This document shows, one piece after another, positions 38,728 to 47,121 of a stretch of 64,000 bases of DNA (within the stretch, counting starts at the first letter, position 1; each line of letters opens with the position of its first letter). Both the position numbers and the translations under genes were made by a program. This DNA comes from Candidatus Bathyarchaeota archaeon (GTDB lineage Archaea; Thermoproteota; Bathyarchaeia; 40CM-2-53-6), in contig VBBP01000057.1 in the NCBI GenBank assembly GCA_005884195.1, positions 17,241-81,240 of the forward strand, in the 5' to 3' direction. Under the pieces are notes generated by a model. That model ran no database searches. It saw nothing but the letters and a program-made list of their open reading frames with translations, and was not told the origin of the DNA.

Positions 38728-39318
38728 TTGGTTTCGTTGCATAATCCGAAATATGTCGCACCGAGCTGGGATCAAGTCTATGGAATGCTGGTAGACCTTG
38801 CAAGTGAGATTCGGCTGTCAGGATACAATCCCCAGGTCATCGTGGGAGTATCAAGAGGCGGCTGGCCTCCCGCTAGGGTCATGAGCGACCTCCTTGAGAA
38901 TGCAAATCTAGCCAACATGAAAGTAGAGTTCTACAAAAACATCGGAGTGACCGCGAAAAGGCCCAAGATTACCCAGCCTGTCACCTCAGAAGTTTCTGGG
39001 AAGCGTGTACTCGTAGTGGACGATGTCGCCGATTCAGGACACAGTCTGCGCGTTGCGTCCAAACATCTAGTTAGAAAGGGCGCCCGAGAGATCAGGGTCT
39101 GCACTCTATACTTGAAGCCGAAGAGCGTCTTCAAACCAAACCATTATGCAAGAATAACCTCGAAGTGGGTGATCTTCCCATGGGAAAGATTGGAGGCCAT
39201 CAACCTGATCAAGCGGAACCTCCGGTCAGACGGGAGAACGTACGATGTGATTCGGGAGTTGAAAGGCAGTGGATTGAGTGGCCTGCTGATTAGAAGGCTC
39301 TTGGCGATCGATCGATGA
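38728..39318 (+). CDS. type I phosphoribosyltransferase (purine PRTase-like)
   Basis: PRPP-binding motif VLVVDDVADSGHSL. IVGVSRGGWPPARV. Confidence 0.7.
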   Translation: MVSLHNPKYVAPSWDQVYGMLVDLASEIRLSGYNPQVIVGVSRGGWPPARVMSDLLENANLANMKVEFYKNIGVTAKRPKITQPVTSEVSGKRVLVVDDVADSGHSLRVASKHLVRKGAREIRVCTLYLKPKSVFKPNHYARITSKWVIFPWERLEAINLIKRNLRSDGRTYDVIRELKGSGLSGLLIRRLLAIDR

Positions 39319-39881
39319 TAACTGAGAAAATCGGGTCATATTCCCTATTTGTCCAAGGATTCAGAGACGCCAATGTAACGGACTCAGAGAAGGTCTTGCG
39401 GGATCTGCGAGGATCCTTTCCGGGAGTTGATCTTCAGCTCTTGCGCGCGGATAGAGTAGCGGGGAGAGAACACATCGTCTTCTCGGCAAGGAGCGCGGTT
39501 GAATCCTTCCAAAGCAAGAATCGAAGAGCGAAACACCTCTCAATGGAGCTTCTCCTATTCGCCTCGGGTGAGCACCAGATCATCGAAGCGATCAAGCTTC
39601 TCGGCGTAACCGCGTCTAGCAGAGAACTCGCTCTCGTGGGGCTCTCCGACACCAGGCTTGATCCGAACCAGTTGAGTAACAGAGCAACGGAATCTGTCAA
39701 GGGAATACCTGATGATACAGTCTTGCAGATCAAGACGCAGAAAAAAGTGGAAGATCTGAAGACAGCCTACAATATTCCCGACAAAGAGTTGAATGCATCG
39801 AAGATGCCGAGTGAGGAAGACAACAGCGTATTGAAGAGATTGATCATCGAGCGCTCTGCGCTTTTGGCGCTGGAGAACTAG
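39315..39881 (+). CDS. cgi121: KEOPS complex subunit Cgi121-like
   Basis: VQGFRDANVTDSEKVL..HIVFSARSAVESFQS..ELLLFASGEHQIIEAIKLLGV matches the Cgi121 pattern. Overlaps the PRTase stop. Confidence 0.5.
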   Translation: MITEKIGSYSLFVQGFRDANVTDSEKVLRDLRGSFPGVDLQLLRADRVAGREHIVFSARSAVESFQSKNRRAKHLSMELLLFASGEHQIIEAIKLLGVTASSRELALVGLSDTRLDPNQLSNRATESVKGIPDDTVLQIKTQKKVEDLKTAYNIPDKELNASKMPSEEDNSVLKRLIIERSALLALEN

Positions 39882-40405
39882 GATACTCTCTTCTCGCGTT
39901 CTATCCCCAGTATGCCGTTAGGTCGGATGACCGCAATTCCAGCCACCCTGCCAATGATTTCGACCAGGACGATCTTTCTGGGGTCTCGCAGGTCAACCTT
40001 TCTGGGAATCTTCGCTGCAATCGCGTCAATGACCTCCTTTGAAGAAACGTCACTCCTACGCTTCTCGATGGATACACGAAATGTTTCGCCGTCTCGAATC
40101 GCCCTAGATCTCTCAGATACCGCGTTCCCGATAGCTTCAATCTCACAGGGTACAACTTTCTGAACCGGTTTGACCTTGAGAACGTACCGAAACTCCCAAG
40201 GCTTCTCCTTCAGGATCGACCGAAGATTCTGAATCACTTTGAGTGGGTCAAGGGATGTCTTAGCGACGGTAAGACCGCTTACCGGGGTATAGCTGGTCTC
40301 AGCCGAAGGATCGCCAAGCTCACCAATCAAGTACACCAGTTCCGAGTTTGCCTCCCGCTCATTGCCTCTAGCACTAGACACGAGCAGGTTGAAGTCGTCA
40401 AGCAA
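39878..40405 (-). CDS. THUMP-domain protein
   Basis: ..FRVSIEKRRSDVSSKEVIDAIAAKI..VDLRDPRKIVLVEIIGRVAGIAV is THUMP-like. Confidence 0.55.
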   Translation of the reverse strand: MLDDFNLLVSSARGNEREANSELVYLIGELGDPSAETSYTPVSGLTVAKTSLDPLKVIQNLRSILKEKPWEFRYVLKVKPVQKVVPCEIEAIGNAVSERSRAIRDGETFRVSIEKRRSDVSSKEVIDAIAAKIPRKVDLRDPRKIVLVEIIGRVAGIAVIRPNGILGIEREKRVS

Positions 40406-40411
40406 TCTGAG

Positions 40412-41059
40412 TCAATCTCGATGTTCGACTTTTGTCCTCAGAGCCATTACGATCTCTTGTCGGCTAATCGCTCCTTCTCGCAGAATATCGACATGTTTGC
40501 CCGTTACTCTGACGACCGTTGACTCCGGTCTCTTGGAGAGGGACCCTCCATCGAGAACGAGTTCGACTTTGCCGTCAAAGGTCTTCAATGCTTCTTCTGC
40601 TCGCGTAATGGAGGGAGCCCCTGAAATGTTAGCGCTTGTACCTACTAGGGATCCTCCACACATCGAAATCAAGTCCAACGTGTCTGTTCGTCCAGGGATC
40701 CTAAGTCCAACCATGCGGCCAGTACCAACTATCGGGGGAGGGAATTCTGCGCTCGACGAGACTACGATAGTTAGGGGTCCGGGCCAAAATCGCAAAGCAA
40801 GCGTCTCGGCGTTGCCATCGACTTCGCCTAATTCCTTTGCCTTCTCAATTGAGCCAACGAGCACTGGAAAGTTCCCTTTGCTTCTTCTCTTTACGTCTAA
40901 CACCTTGTTGACCGCTTCCTTATCGAATGGATGGCATCCAAGTCCGTACACCGTGTCCGTGGGGTAGACCACGAGTCCGCCCTTGAGTATCGTTGCCGCC
41001 GCTTCACGAATCGATTCACTGCCAATCCTAAGAAGCCTAGTCAACGTTTTTGCAATCAT
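40412..41059 (-). CDS. tsaC: L-threonylcarbamoyladenylate synthase (Sua5/YrdC/TsaC family)
   Basis: ..AAATILKGGLVVYPTDTVYGLGC.. YrdC motif. ~215 aa, single domain. Track start 41134; internal ATG (MIAKTL) at 41059 more plausible. Confidence 0.8.
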   Translation of the reverse strand: MIAKTLTRLLRIGSESIREAAATILKGGLVVYPTDTVYGLGCHPFDKEAVNKVLDVKRRSKGNFPVLVGSIEKAKELGEVDGNAETLALRFWPGPLTIVVSSSAEFPPPIVGTGRMVGLRIPGRTDTLDLISMCGGSLVGTSANISGAPSITRAEEALKTFDGKVELVLDGGSLSKRPESTVVRVTGKHVDILREGAISRQEIVMALRTKVEHRD

Positions 41060-41114
41060 CGGGGGCAAGTCGACTCTTATATCTCGTTGAGATGGGACGC
41101 CATCGGACTCAAGA

Positions 41115-42050
41115 TTGGCCAATCCAACGATCATTGTTCATGGTGGGGCCGGCAACTGGCCCAAGAACAAGCAAGCAATTGGCCTCTCCGGAGTTCGGAA
41201 GGCTGCTACGAGAGGATTCCAGATCCTCCAACAAGGCCGCTCCGCAATCCAAGCCGTCGAAGCTGCAGTCATAGAAATGGAAGATAATCCGATCTTCAAT
41301 GCTGGCAAAGGGTCCACCGTGAACTTTGAAGGTAACGTTGAGGCCGACGCGGGAATCATGGACGGAAAGACACTGCGCGGAGCAGGTGTCGCACTCTTGC
41401 ATCAAGTGAAAAACCCGATCAGCCTCGCAAGAATTATCATGGAGAAAACTGACCACGCTCTTCTAGCAGGCAAGACTGTCGAGAGGCTCGGGGAAGCTTA
41501 TGGTCTTCCAAAGGCGAACCTAAGGCTTCCAGAGCGAGTCCGTCAATGGAAACAGGCAAGACGCGAGTTGGAAAACGGGAGCATCAAATACTTTTCCAGA
41601 AACTTGAAACTCGTTCATGACAAGGGGAGATTCTTTCTCGGGGACACGGTTGGCGCGCTCGCGATGGACCAAAAGGGAAACTTGGCCGCGGCAGATTCTA
41701 CAGGAGGCATTTCCTTGAAGTTGCCAGGGAGAATCGGTGATAGCCCAATCCTTGGCGCTGCATTGTACGCTGATGACAAGCTTGGAGCTGCAACAGCAAC
41801 TGGCGTTGGCGAGATAGCGATGAGGTTGGTCGTGTCCAAGGCGGCTTGCGATGCAATGCAGTCATTGACTGCACAACGTGCGGCCTCTAAAACAGTGAGG
41901 CACGTGACAAGGTTGGCTGGCAGGGGACTAGGGATTCTATCTCTTGACCGAGAAGGTAGATACGGAATCGCTCACAATACCCCGCACTTGTGCTGGGCCG
42001 CAGAGACCAAGGACAAGGGTCTTGTCTCACAGATGGTAGGCAGCCGCTAG
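41115..42050 (+). CDS. isoaspartyl peptidase / plant-type L-asparaginase (Ntn hydrolase)
   Basis: IIVHGGAGNW, autoproteolytic site GDTVGALAMD, GAGVALLH. TTG start. Confidence 0.8.
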   Translation: MANPTIIVHGGAGNWPKNKQAIGLSGVRKAATRGFQILQQGRSAIQAVEAAVIEMEDNPIFNAGKGSTVNFEGNVEADAGIMDGKTLRGAGVALLHQVKNPISLARIIMEKTDHALLAGKTVERLGEAYGLPKANLRLPERVRQWKQARRELENGSIKYFSRNLKLVHDKGRFFLGDTVGALAMDQKGNLAAADSTGGISLKLPGRIGDSPILGAALYADDKLGAATATGVGEIAMRLVVSKAACDAMQSLTAQRAASKTVRHVTRLAGRGLGILSLDREGRYGIAHNTPHLCWAAETKDKGLVSQMVGSR

Positions 42051-42160
42051 AAGCTATTCTCAATGCAATATGATTGCCTTTGATGTTTTTTCGCGCTTTT
42101 TTCGGAAGCCTTTTAAGAGGGTACAATTCGCGGTAACCCCTAGTTTTCGGAGACGATCAA

Positions 42161-42277
42161 ATGTTACCCTATACCAAGGGGGAGGAATGGGGCGAAGACG
42201 AGGACTGGGGCGGCGAAGATGAATGGGGCGAAGACGACGATTGGGGCGGCGGAGATAACGGAGCCGAGGACAACTAA
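42161..42277 (+). CDS. 38-codon acidic Trp-Gly repeat micro-ORF (MLPYTKGEEWGEDEDWGGEDEWGEDDDWGGGDNGAEDN)
   Basis: ATG with GGAGA 10 nt upstream. Four (D/E)(D/E)WG(G/E)ED repeats. Antisense frame (track 42060..42290 -) encodes an R/P-rich repeat instead. Confidence 0.3.
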   Translation: MLPYTKGEEWGEDEDWGGEDEWGEDDDWGGGDNGAEDN

Positions 42278-42400
42278 GAACCCGATCCAACCAAGACCAC
42301 CCAGAGCTCGTAACTGTTTCTAGAAAGGCAGTGAACCGGTAACAGGAGTTCTATCTTCCCGTGCTGCGAAGCGTGGAGCCAATAAAGGAACGAGAGATCA

Positions 42401-43327
42401 ATGCAGCACCTATCCCTCAAGTTCAAAGCGCTACCCATACTCGCACTATCCTTCCTCTTCGCGCTCCCTACAATCGTATTCCAGCCAGCCCAAGCGGCCG
42501 CCACAACAAACCCCGACTTTTCTGCTCAGAGCTTCAGCAAGACCGTTGACTGGTATGATTATGTCCGCCAGTACGCCGTGGCCAATAATCTGCCTCAGCC
42601 CAATGCGAGCGAGCACGCCTACATCTACACCAACTATATCAACGTCGGCGGCTTCCAACTCTTCTACACGGGTCTAGTGAACGCGACCCACAACGGACAG
42701 TTCGTCACCATCCCACTCCAGACATTCTTCGAACACTACAAGACCATAGGCGGCAAAGACGCGATAACGGCGTCATCCTTCATCAGCCTCGTCGCCTTCA
42801 ATGAATCCAACACGGATCCGTACCCGAACTCGCCTGACAAATCAGACACGGTCTACGCCAGCTTCAGCCTGGGAGTAAATCTCACCCAGATAACAGGCCA
42901 CAGGTTCCCCTCCTATGTCGCAAGCAGCAGCATCATCCCGCTCACCCAGACAGACGCGAATCATTGGAGCTGGGGCTTGAACTACACCAACCTTAACGCG
43001 ATATGGTGGAAGATCAACCCCGACCCATTCTTCCCGACAGCCGACCTTGTTCAGCCACGCGGCTTCGCCATGTACAGCCAACTGGCCTTCAACTACGCGC
43101 TCGCCATCGACCCAGCATCTAAGACAGCCACCCTCACCACTAGCTACACAATCGGCCGGATGACCAATCTCTACATCCTCTACCCGACACCGGCCATTCA
43201 TCTGAACTCAACCGGGACGTACAACCTCAACGGTGGACTAGTCAACAACCAAAACATCTACCAGTTCCTAACCACAAGACAGCTCAAGATATCGATCGTC
43301 TTGGCTAACAAGGCGATTCCGATGTAA
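42401..43327 (+). CDS. secreted protein (signal peptide), N-terminal part of an apparently frameshifted surface protein
   Basis: MQHLSLKFKALPILALSFLFALPTIVFQPAQAAATT signal peptide. No family recognised. Confidence 0.55.
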   Translation: MQHLSLKFKALPILALSFLFALPTIVFQPAQAAATTNPDFSAQSFSKTVDWYDYVRQYAVANNLPQPNASEHAYIYTNYINVGGFQLFYTGLVNATHNGQFVTIPLQTFFEHYKTIGGKDAITASSFISLVAFNESNTDPYPNSPDKSDTVYASFSLGVNLTQITGHRFPSYVASSSIIPLTQTDANHWSWGLNYTNLNAIWWKINPDPFFPTADLVQPRGFAMYSQLAFNYALAIDPASKTATLTTSYTIGRMTNLYILYPTPAIHLNSTGTYNLNGGLVNNQNIYQFLTTRQLKISIVLANKAIPM

Positions 43328-43887
43328 GCCACACAGCGGTCACATCCGCTACAAGCGACGGCGACAAGGTCCTTAAAACAGACTTCGGCGTCAAGCCAAC
43401 GTACAAGCTCTACAACTCCACCGCGGATGCTACTGAGAGCACTGCAACCACCCTCAGCACTAACGTCCGGACAGTCAACATCCACGCCTGGGCCGGCAAT
43501 CCCGTCTTCTGGTTCCAAAACCGCTTCATGGGATTCCTTCCGCTATTCGTTGCCAACGTGGATCCAGGGCTAATCCAACAAGCGAAGCAGGGACTTCTAG
43601 ACTTCACAGTCTCAGACTATCTCTACATCATATCCTACCCAACATGGGGAGGATACAAGATCGTGCACGACCCTGACTACACCGCGTTCTACACTCCAGC
43701 TAGCAACGTCGGACTGCTGACAGCGATCTTCCTAGCAGTAGCGGTCGCCGCGGGAGTTGGCGGTCTATTCGCCTTCCTGTTCAGGAAACGACGAGCTGCC
43801 GGTTTGGCAGTCAGTGGAGCTGGGACAACTGGTCCAAGCCCGACTCAGGGTCCAACGCCTTCGGGTCCCTCTATTCCAAGCCGATAG
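43309..43887 (+). CDS. C-terminal continuation (-1 frame) with TM anchor and P/T/S tail
   Basis: Frame open from 43309, overlapping the previous stop by 19 nt, no start until M at 43528. Ends ..LLTAIFLAVAVAAGVGGLFAFLFRKRR..PSPTQGPTPSGPSIPSR. Confidence 0.35.
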   Translation, partial: QGDSDVSHTAVTSATSDGDKVLKTDFGVKPTYKLYNSTADATESTATTLSTNVRTVNIHAWAGNPVFWFQNRFMGFLPLFVANVDPGLIQQAKQGLLDFTVSDYLYIISYPTWGGYKIVHDPDYTAFYTPASNVGLLTAIFLAVAVAAGVGGLFAFLFRKRRAAGLAVSGAGTTGPSPTQGPTPSGPSIPSR

Positions 43888-43985
43888 CGCGTAACCTTTT
43901 CCCCTTCTGACTTTCTTTTTCTCATTCACCCAGGGAACAGTGAGCTAAACTTCATCTCCAAAGTCGATACCAGAACGAGCGACCC

Positions 43986-44762
43986 ATGACGGCCACCGGT
44001 TCGGCGATTGATGTTTCACACCTGACAAAGACTTACGGACCTACCGTTGCCCTCAACGATGTCACGCTATCAGTTGGCACCGGTGAAGTACGAGGCCTCC
44101 TCGGACCCAACGGGTCAGGAAAATCAAGCCTGATGAAGACAATCATGGGTTTGACGAAGCCATCCTATGGCTCAATCCAGGTCCTCGGCTATGATGTCCG
44201 AACAAGCCCCATGGAGATCAAGAGGATTGTCGGCTATGTACCCGAGTCACCACGCCTGTACGAATTCCTTACTGCGACCGAATATCTTGATTTCATCGCT
44301 GACGTTCGAGGACTGCCGTTCGAACAAAAGAAAGAGCGTATCGCGAGATTCGTCGACGCCCTCGACCTCGAAGGAAAACAGGGCGATATGATCAGCAGCT
44401 ATTCGCAAGGCATGAAGCAAAAAGTCGCGATCATAGGAGCACTGCTCCACAGGCCTCGAGTCTTGCTCATGGACGAACCGCTCAACGGGCTAGACCCGAA
44501 ATCAGCCAGGTTAGTGAAGGAGCTTATCCACGGTTTTGCAAGGGAAGGCGTGTCGGTAGTGTTCAGCACGCATATTCTTGAGATCGCTGAGGCCATCTGT
44601 GACAAGTTAACGATCCTTCAGGGAGGGAAGATCCTGGCAGAGGGAACTTCCAAGGACTTGAGAGAGAATGCAGGCCTTCCGGGATCGGGACTCGAAGATG
44701 TCTTTCTGAAGCTCACCGGAACCAAGGGAGTCGAGGATATCGTCGAGGCGCTGATTAGATGA
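43986..44762 (+). CDS. ABC transporter ATP-binding protein (ABC-2/NosF-like)
   Basis: Walker A GPNGSGKSS, signature YSQGMKQKVAI, Walker B LLMDEPLNGLD. Confidence 0.85.
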   Translation: MTATGSAIDVSHLTKTYGPTVALNDVTLSVGTGEVRGLLGPNGSGKSSLMKTIMGLTKPSYGSIQVLGYDVRTSPMEIKRIVGYVPESPRLYEFLTATEYLDFIADVRGLPFEQKKERIARFVDALDLEGKQGDMISSYSQGMKQKVAIIGALLHRPRVLLMDEPLNGLDPKSARLVKELIHGFAREGVSVVFSTHILEIAEAICDKLTILQGGKILAEGTSKDLRENAGLPGSGLEDVFLKLTGTKGVEDIVEALIR

Positions 44763-46723
44763 GACTTCCCGTTCTGTTCAAGTTTGCCAAGGTTTTAATG
44801 ATTTCGCGGCTTCGAAGTACCCGACGCTCAATCGTCTCCAAGAGCATTACCAGCCGGCCGATTCTCATCGGCTTGATAGGAATCGTTCTCTTCTTCGCTG
44901 GACTCTTCTTTGGATATGAGACAACGGTCTTTCTTAGTTCTGGAGGAGCACCGTTGACGGGGCCCGTCGCGCATCAACTGGTCGTGACGATTTTTGGAGG
45001 AGTGCCTCTTTTCCTTGTAGGTTTCTATTTTACTATGGGACTCTTGTGGGAAGTGAACGCTTCTACGGAGGCCGAAAGTACAGACGCGATTAACTGGCTT
45101 CCCATAACGCCTGGGGAGTATGTGGCAGCCTCGGCGCTTTCGACTAGCTACACATACTCTCCGCTCCTGATGGTCGCGTTCGGCTACTCTCTTCCAATCG
45201 GACTTCTCACTGGGAACCTGACTGGATTCTTGTTGCTTGTTCCGATCGCCCTGTTGTCTACGTCCGTGGGCTCGGTCAGCGTCGAGATTCTAAGGTCAGC
45301 ATTGGCTAGCGCATCAACAGCGTTCAACAGGCTCGGCGGCAGAATAACAGTAATAATGAGAATCATCGGAATAATCCTGATACTCCTAGTTACGCAGCTT
45401 CTATTCAGCGGAGTCTTCTTGATCCAGATAATTAGCTCCCTCGTCGGAACCGCAGCCGCGGCTAGTTTCGTACCTGTCTTCTGGCCGACGCTCGCCATAA
45501 CCAAGGTGCTCCAGTCCGACTTTGTTGGAGGTGCTGGATTTCTAGGGCTGACTGTAGCACTGTTTCTCTTGCTGTCGTACGCGGCCCTTTCCTTGCGGGC
45601 TAGATATTGGGCCGTGACTCCTGCAGCCATCCACTTCGCCGGAGCCGGCTCTGTTTCGGGGCCAAGCCGACTAGGCCACCTTGGCCTCAGTTCCTCCTCG
45701 ATTGCAATGCTCAGGAGAGAGATTCGCTCGGCAACCCGAAGAAAAGAAGTGGTCAGACTCATGGCAATACCGATTATCATGCCCATCATGATATCGTTTC
45801 CAGCCATCTTCTCCCCAGCCCCATCATCAACGTCTGGACCCGCTCAGATTGATCCAATTTTTCTAGTTATTCCGTTTCTGTTCGGGATCGGCTTGGGCTC
45901 ATTGTTTCTTGGAATGACCTCGATTGGTCAAGAAGGGGGAAGGTTGTGGAACATTGGCACACTGCCGGTTTCTGCCAAGATGCTTGTGAAGAGTAAACTC
46001 ATGTTCACTTCCCTAGTCTCGAGCATTGGGCTTGGTCTTGGAGCAGTCGTCTCCGCCGTTCTCCTACACGCCTCGATGTTCGTTGTACTCGGGTTCTTAG
46101 GTCTGGGGCTCATTGTAATATTGGCCGAGGCAAGCCTTGGAATCGCTGTAGGGTCCAGGTTCCCGGATTTCTCAGACGGTCCAAGGCCAAGATTCGTCAC
46201 AGTAATTGGCTCTTTAATTGGAGCTGTTCTGGGGATTGTGGAGATGGCAATAATGGCCCTCCCACTCATCCTCTCATTCATCCTGAGGATTTTCTTCTTG
46301 ATACTATTGCCCCTCCAATTTGTGCTGGCCCTTTCAGGCGCTGTGGGTGGCCTCCTCTCGAACGCTGTCGCGTCGATTGCTGATCTAGAATCATCGTTAC
46401 GTCATTTTGCAAGGTCTGTTGCAGATAACGTTAGATTTCATGAACTAGCCGGATCAACCGAGCGTTTGACGCTGACCGGTTGCCCCAGCCGTCTCGATCG
46501 CGTCCAGCATGCGATGGCGCGTGATCGCGACGTCCACGTCAGCCCTGTTCACGAGGTCTTGATGATTGTCGAACGCGACAGGCACATCAAAGAGTTTCCT
46601 GGCAGTGTCGGCAGATTCGCGTCGGCTGGTGGACAACGCCGTAATCTAAGTCATCCGAGAGTGACTTCAAGGCAGGGATGTGCGCCTGCGCCGCCCATCC
46701 GCGATCCGGATTGGCGCCGATGA
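44759..46723 (+). CDS. large ABC-2-type permease. Last ~90 codons are read-through antisense to a pseudogene fragment
   Basis: ~12 TM helices over ~560 aa. Start overlaps the ATPase stop. After ..RHFARSVADNVRF the ORF runs antisense through the oxidoreductase fragment to a stop at 46723. Confidence 0.55.
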   Translation: MRLPVLFKFAKVLMISRLRSTRRSIVSKSITSRPILIGLIGIVLFFAGLFFGYETTVFLSSGGAPLTGPVAHQLVVTIFGGVPLFLVGFYFTMGLLWEVNASTEAESTDAINWLPITPGEYVAASALSTSYTYSPLLMVAFGYSLPIGLLTGNLTGFLLLVPIALLSTSVGSVSVEILRSALASASTAFNRLGGRITVIMRIIGIILILLVTQLLFSGVFLIQIISSLVGTAAAASFVPVFWPTLAITKVLQSDFVGGAGFLGLTVALFLLLSYAALSLRARYWAVTPAAIHFAGAGSVSGPSRLGHLGLSSSSIAMLRREIRSATRRKEVVRLMAIPIIMPIMISFPAIFSPAPSSTSGPAQIDPIFLVIPFLFGIGLGSLFLGMTSIGQEGGRLWNIGTLPVSAKMLVKSKLMFTSLVSSIGLGLGAVVSAVLLHASMFVVLGFLGLGLIVILAEASLGIAVGSRFPDFSDGPRPRFVTVIGSLIGAVLGIVEMAIMALPLILSFILRIFFLILLPLQFVLALSGAVGGLLSNAVASIADLESSLRHFARSVADNVRFHELAGSTERLTLTGCPSRLDRVQHAMARDRDVHVSPVHEVLMIVERDRHIKEFPGSVGRFASAGGQRRNLSHPRVTSRQGCAPAPPIRDPDWRR

Positions 46724-46822
46724 TGCCAACACGAATCCTCCCGTCTCCCTTTTTGCTCATGGTGGGTCATACCTAGTCCTTGTAACCTACACCATCGAGG
46801 TCCATGACATCATTAAGGCGAG
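46450..46822 (-). pseudogene. inverted, internally deleted and frameshifted copy of the Gfo/Idh/MocA oxidoreductase gene (5' leader + ~73 N-terminal codons fused to last ~20 codons)
   Basis: rc reads MSKKGDGRIRVGIIGANPDRGWAAQAHIPAL.. (~90% nt identity to 18209-18480), then jumps to ..ITRHRMLDAIETAGATGQRQTLG (= 19300-19374). 2-nt deletion gives a frameshift. Confidence 0.7.
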
Positions 46823-47121
46823 TTCCATTCGAGATGTGCAGACAACAGCCTAAGAATTTGTATTAGCCGCGACATCTGTTGGGCAGTTTTCTATAAGCAT
46901 CTTCGAGTAGGACTTTGGTCGGTATAACTTGCCAAGACTGGACGAGGGATTATACACTGGTTTGTTACTGCTTATGTGCTACTTTCGTAGCAAGCAACGT
47001 TAAGTTGGACTCTTCCAACTAAGAGGTTCTCCTTGAGTTCTTCGCCCAGTAGTCCAATGTAGTCGGATGTGTACTCACCGTTTATCATAGCTGATTACTA
47101 GGGCTTTGAACTGTTCCGAAC

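Noticed and set aside
42060-42290. 76-aa minus ORF (R/P repeat) as a real gene
   Set aside because: Kept only as an alternative to the plus-strand acidic micro-ORF. Cannot be decided from sequence, and its start lies within the asparaginase 3' region.
46500-46723. C-terminal ~90 residues of ABC permease ORF (..DRVQHAMARDRDVHVSPVHEVLMIVERDRH..)
   Set aside because: This stretch is simply the antisense translation of the oxidoreductase pseudogene fragment. Not a genuine permease domain.
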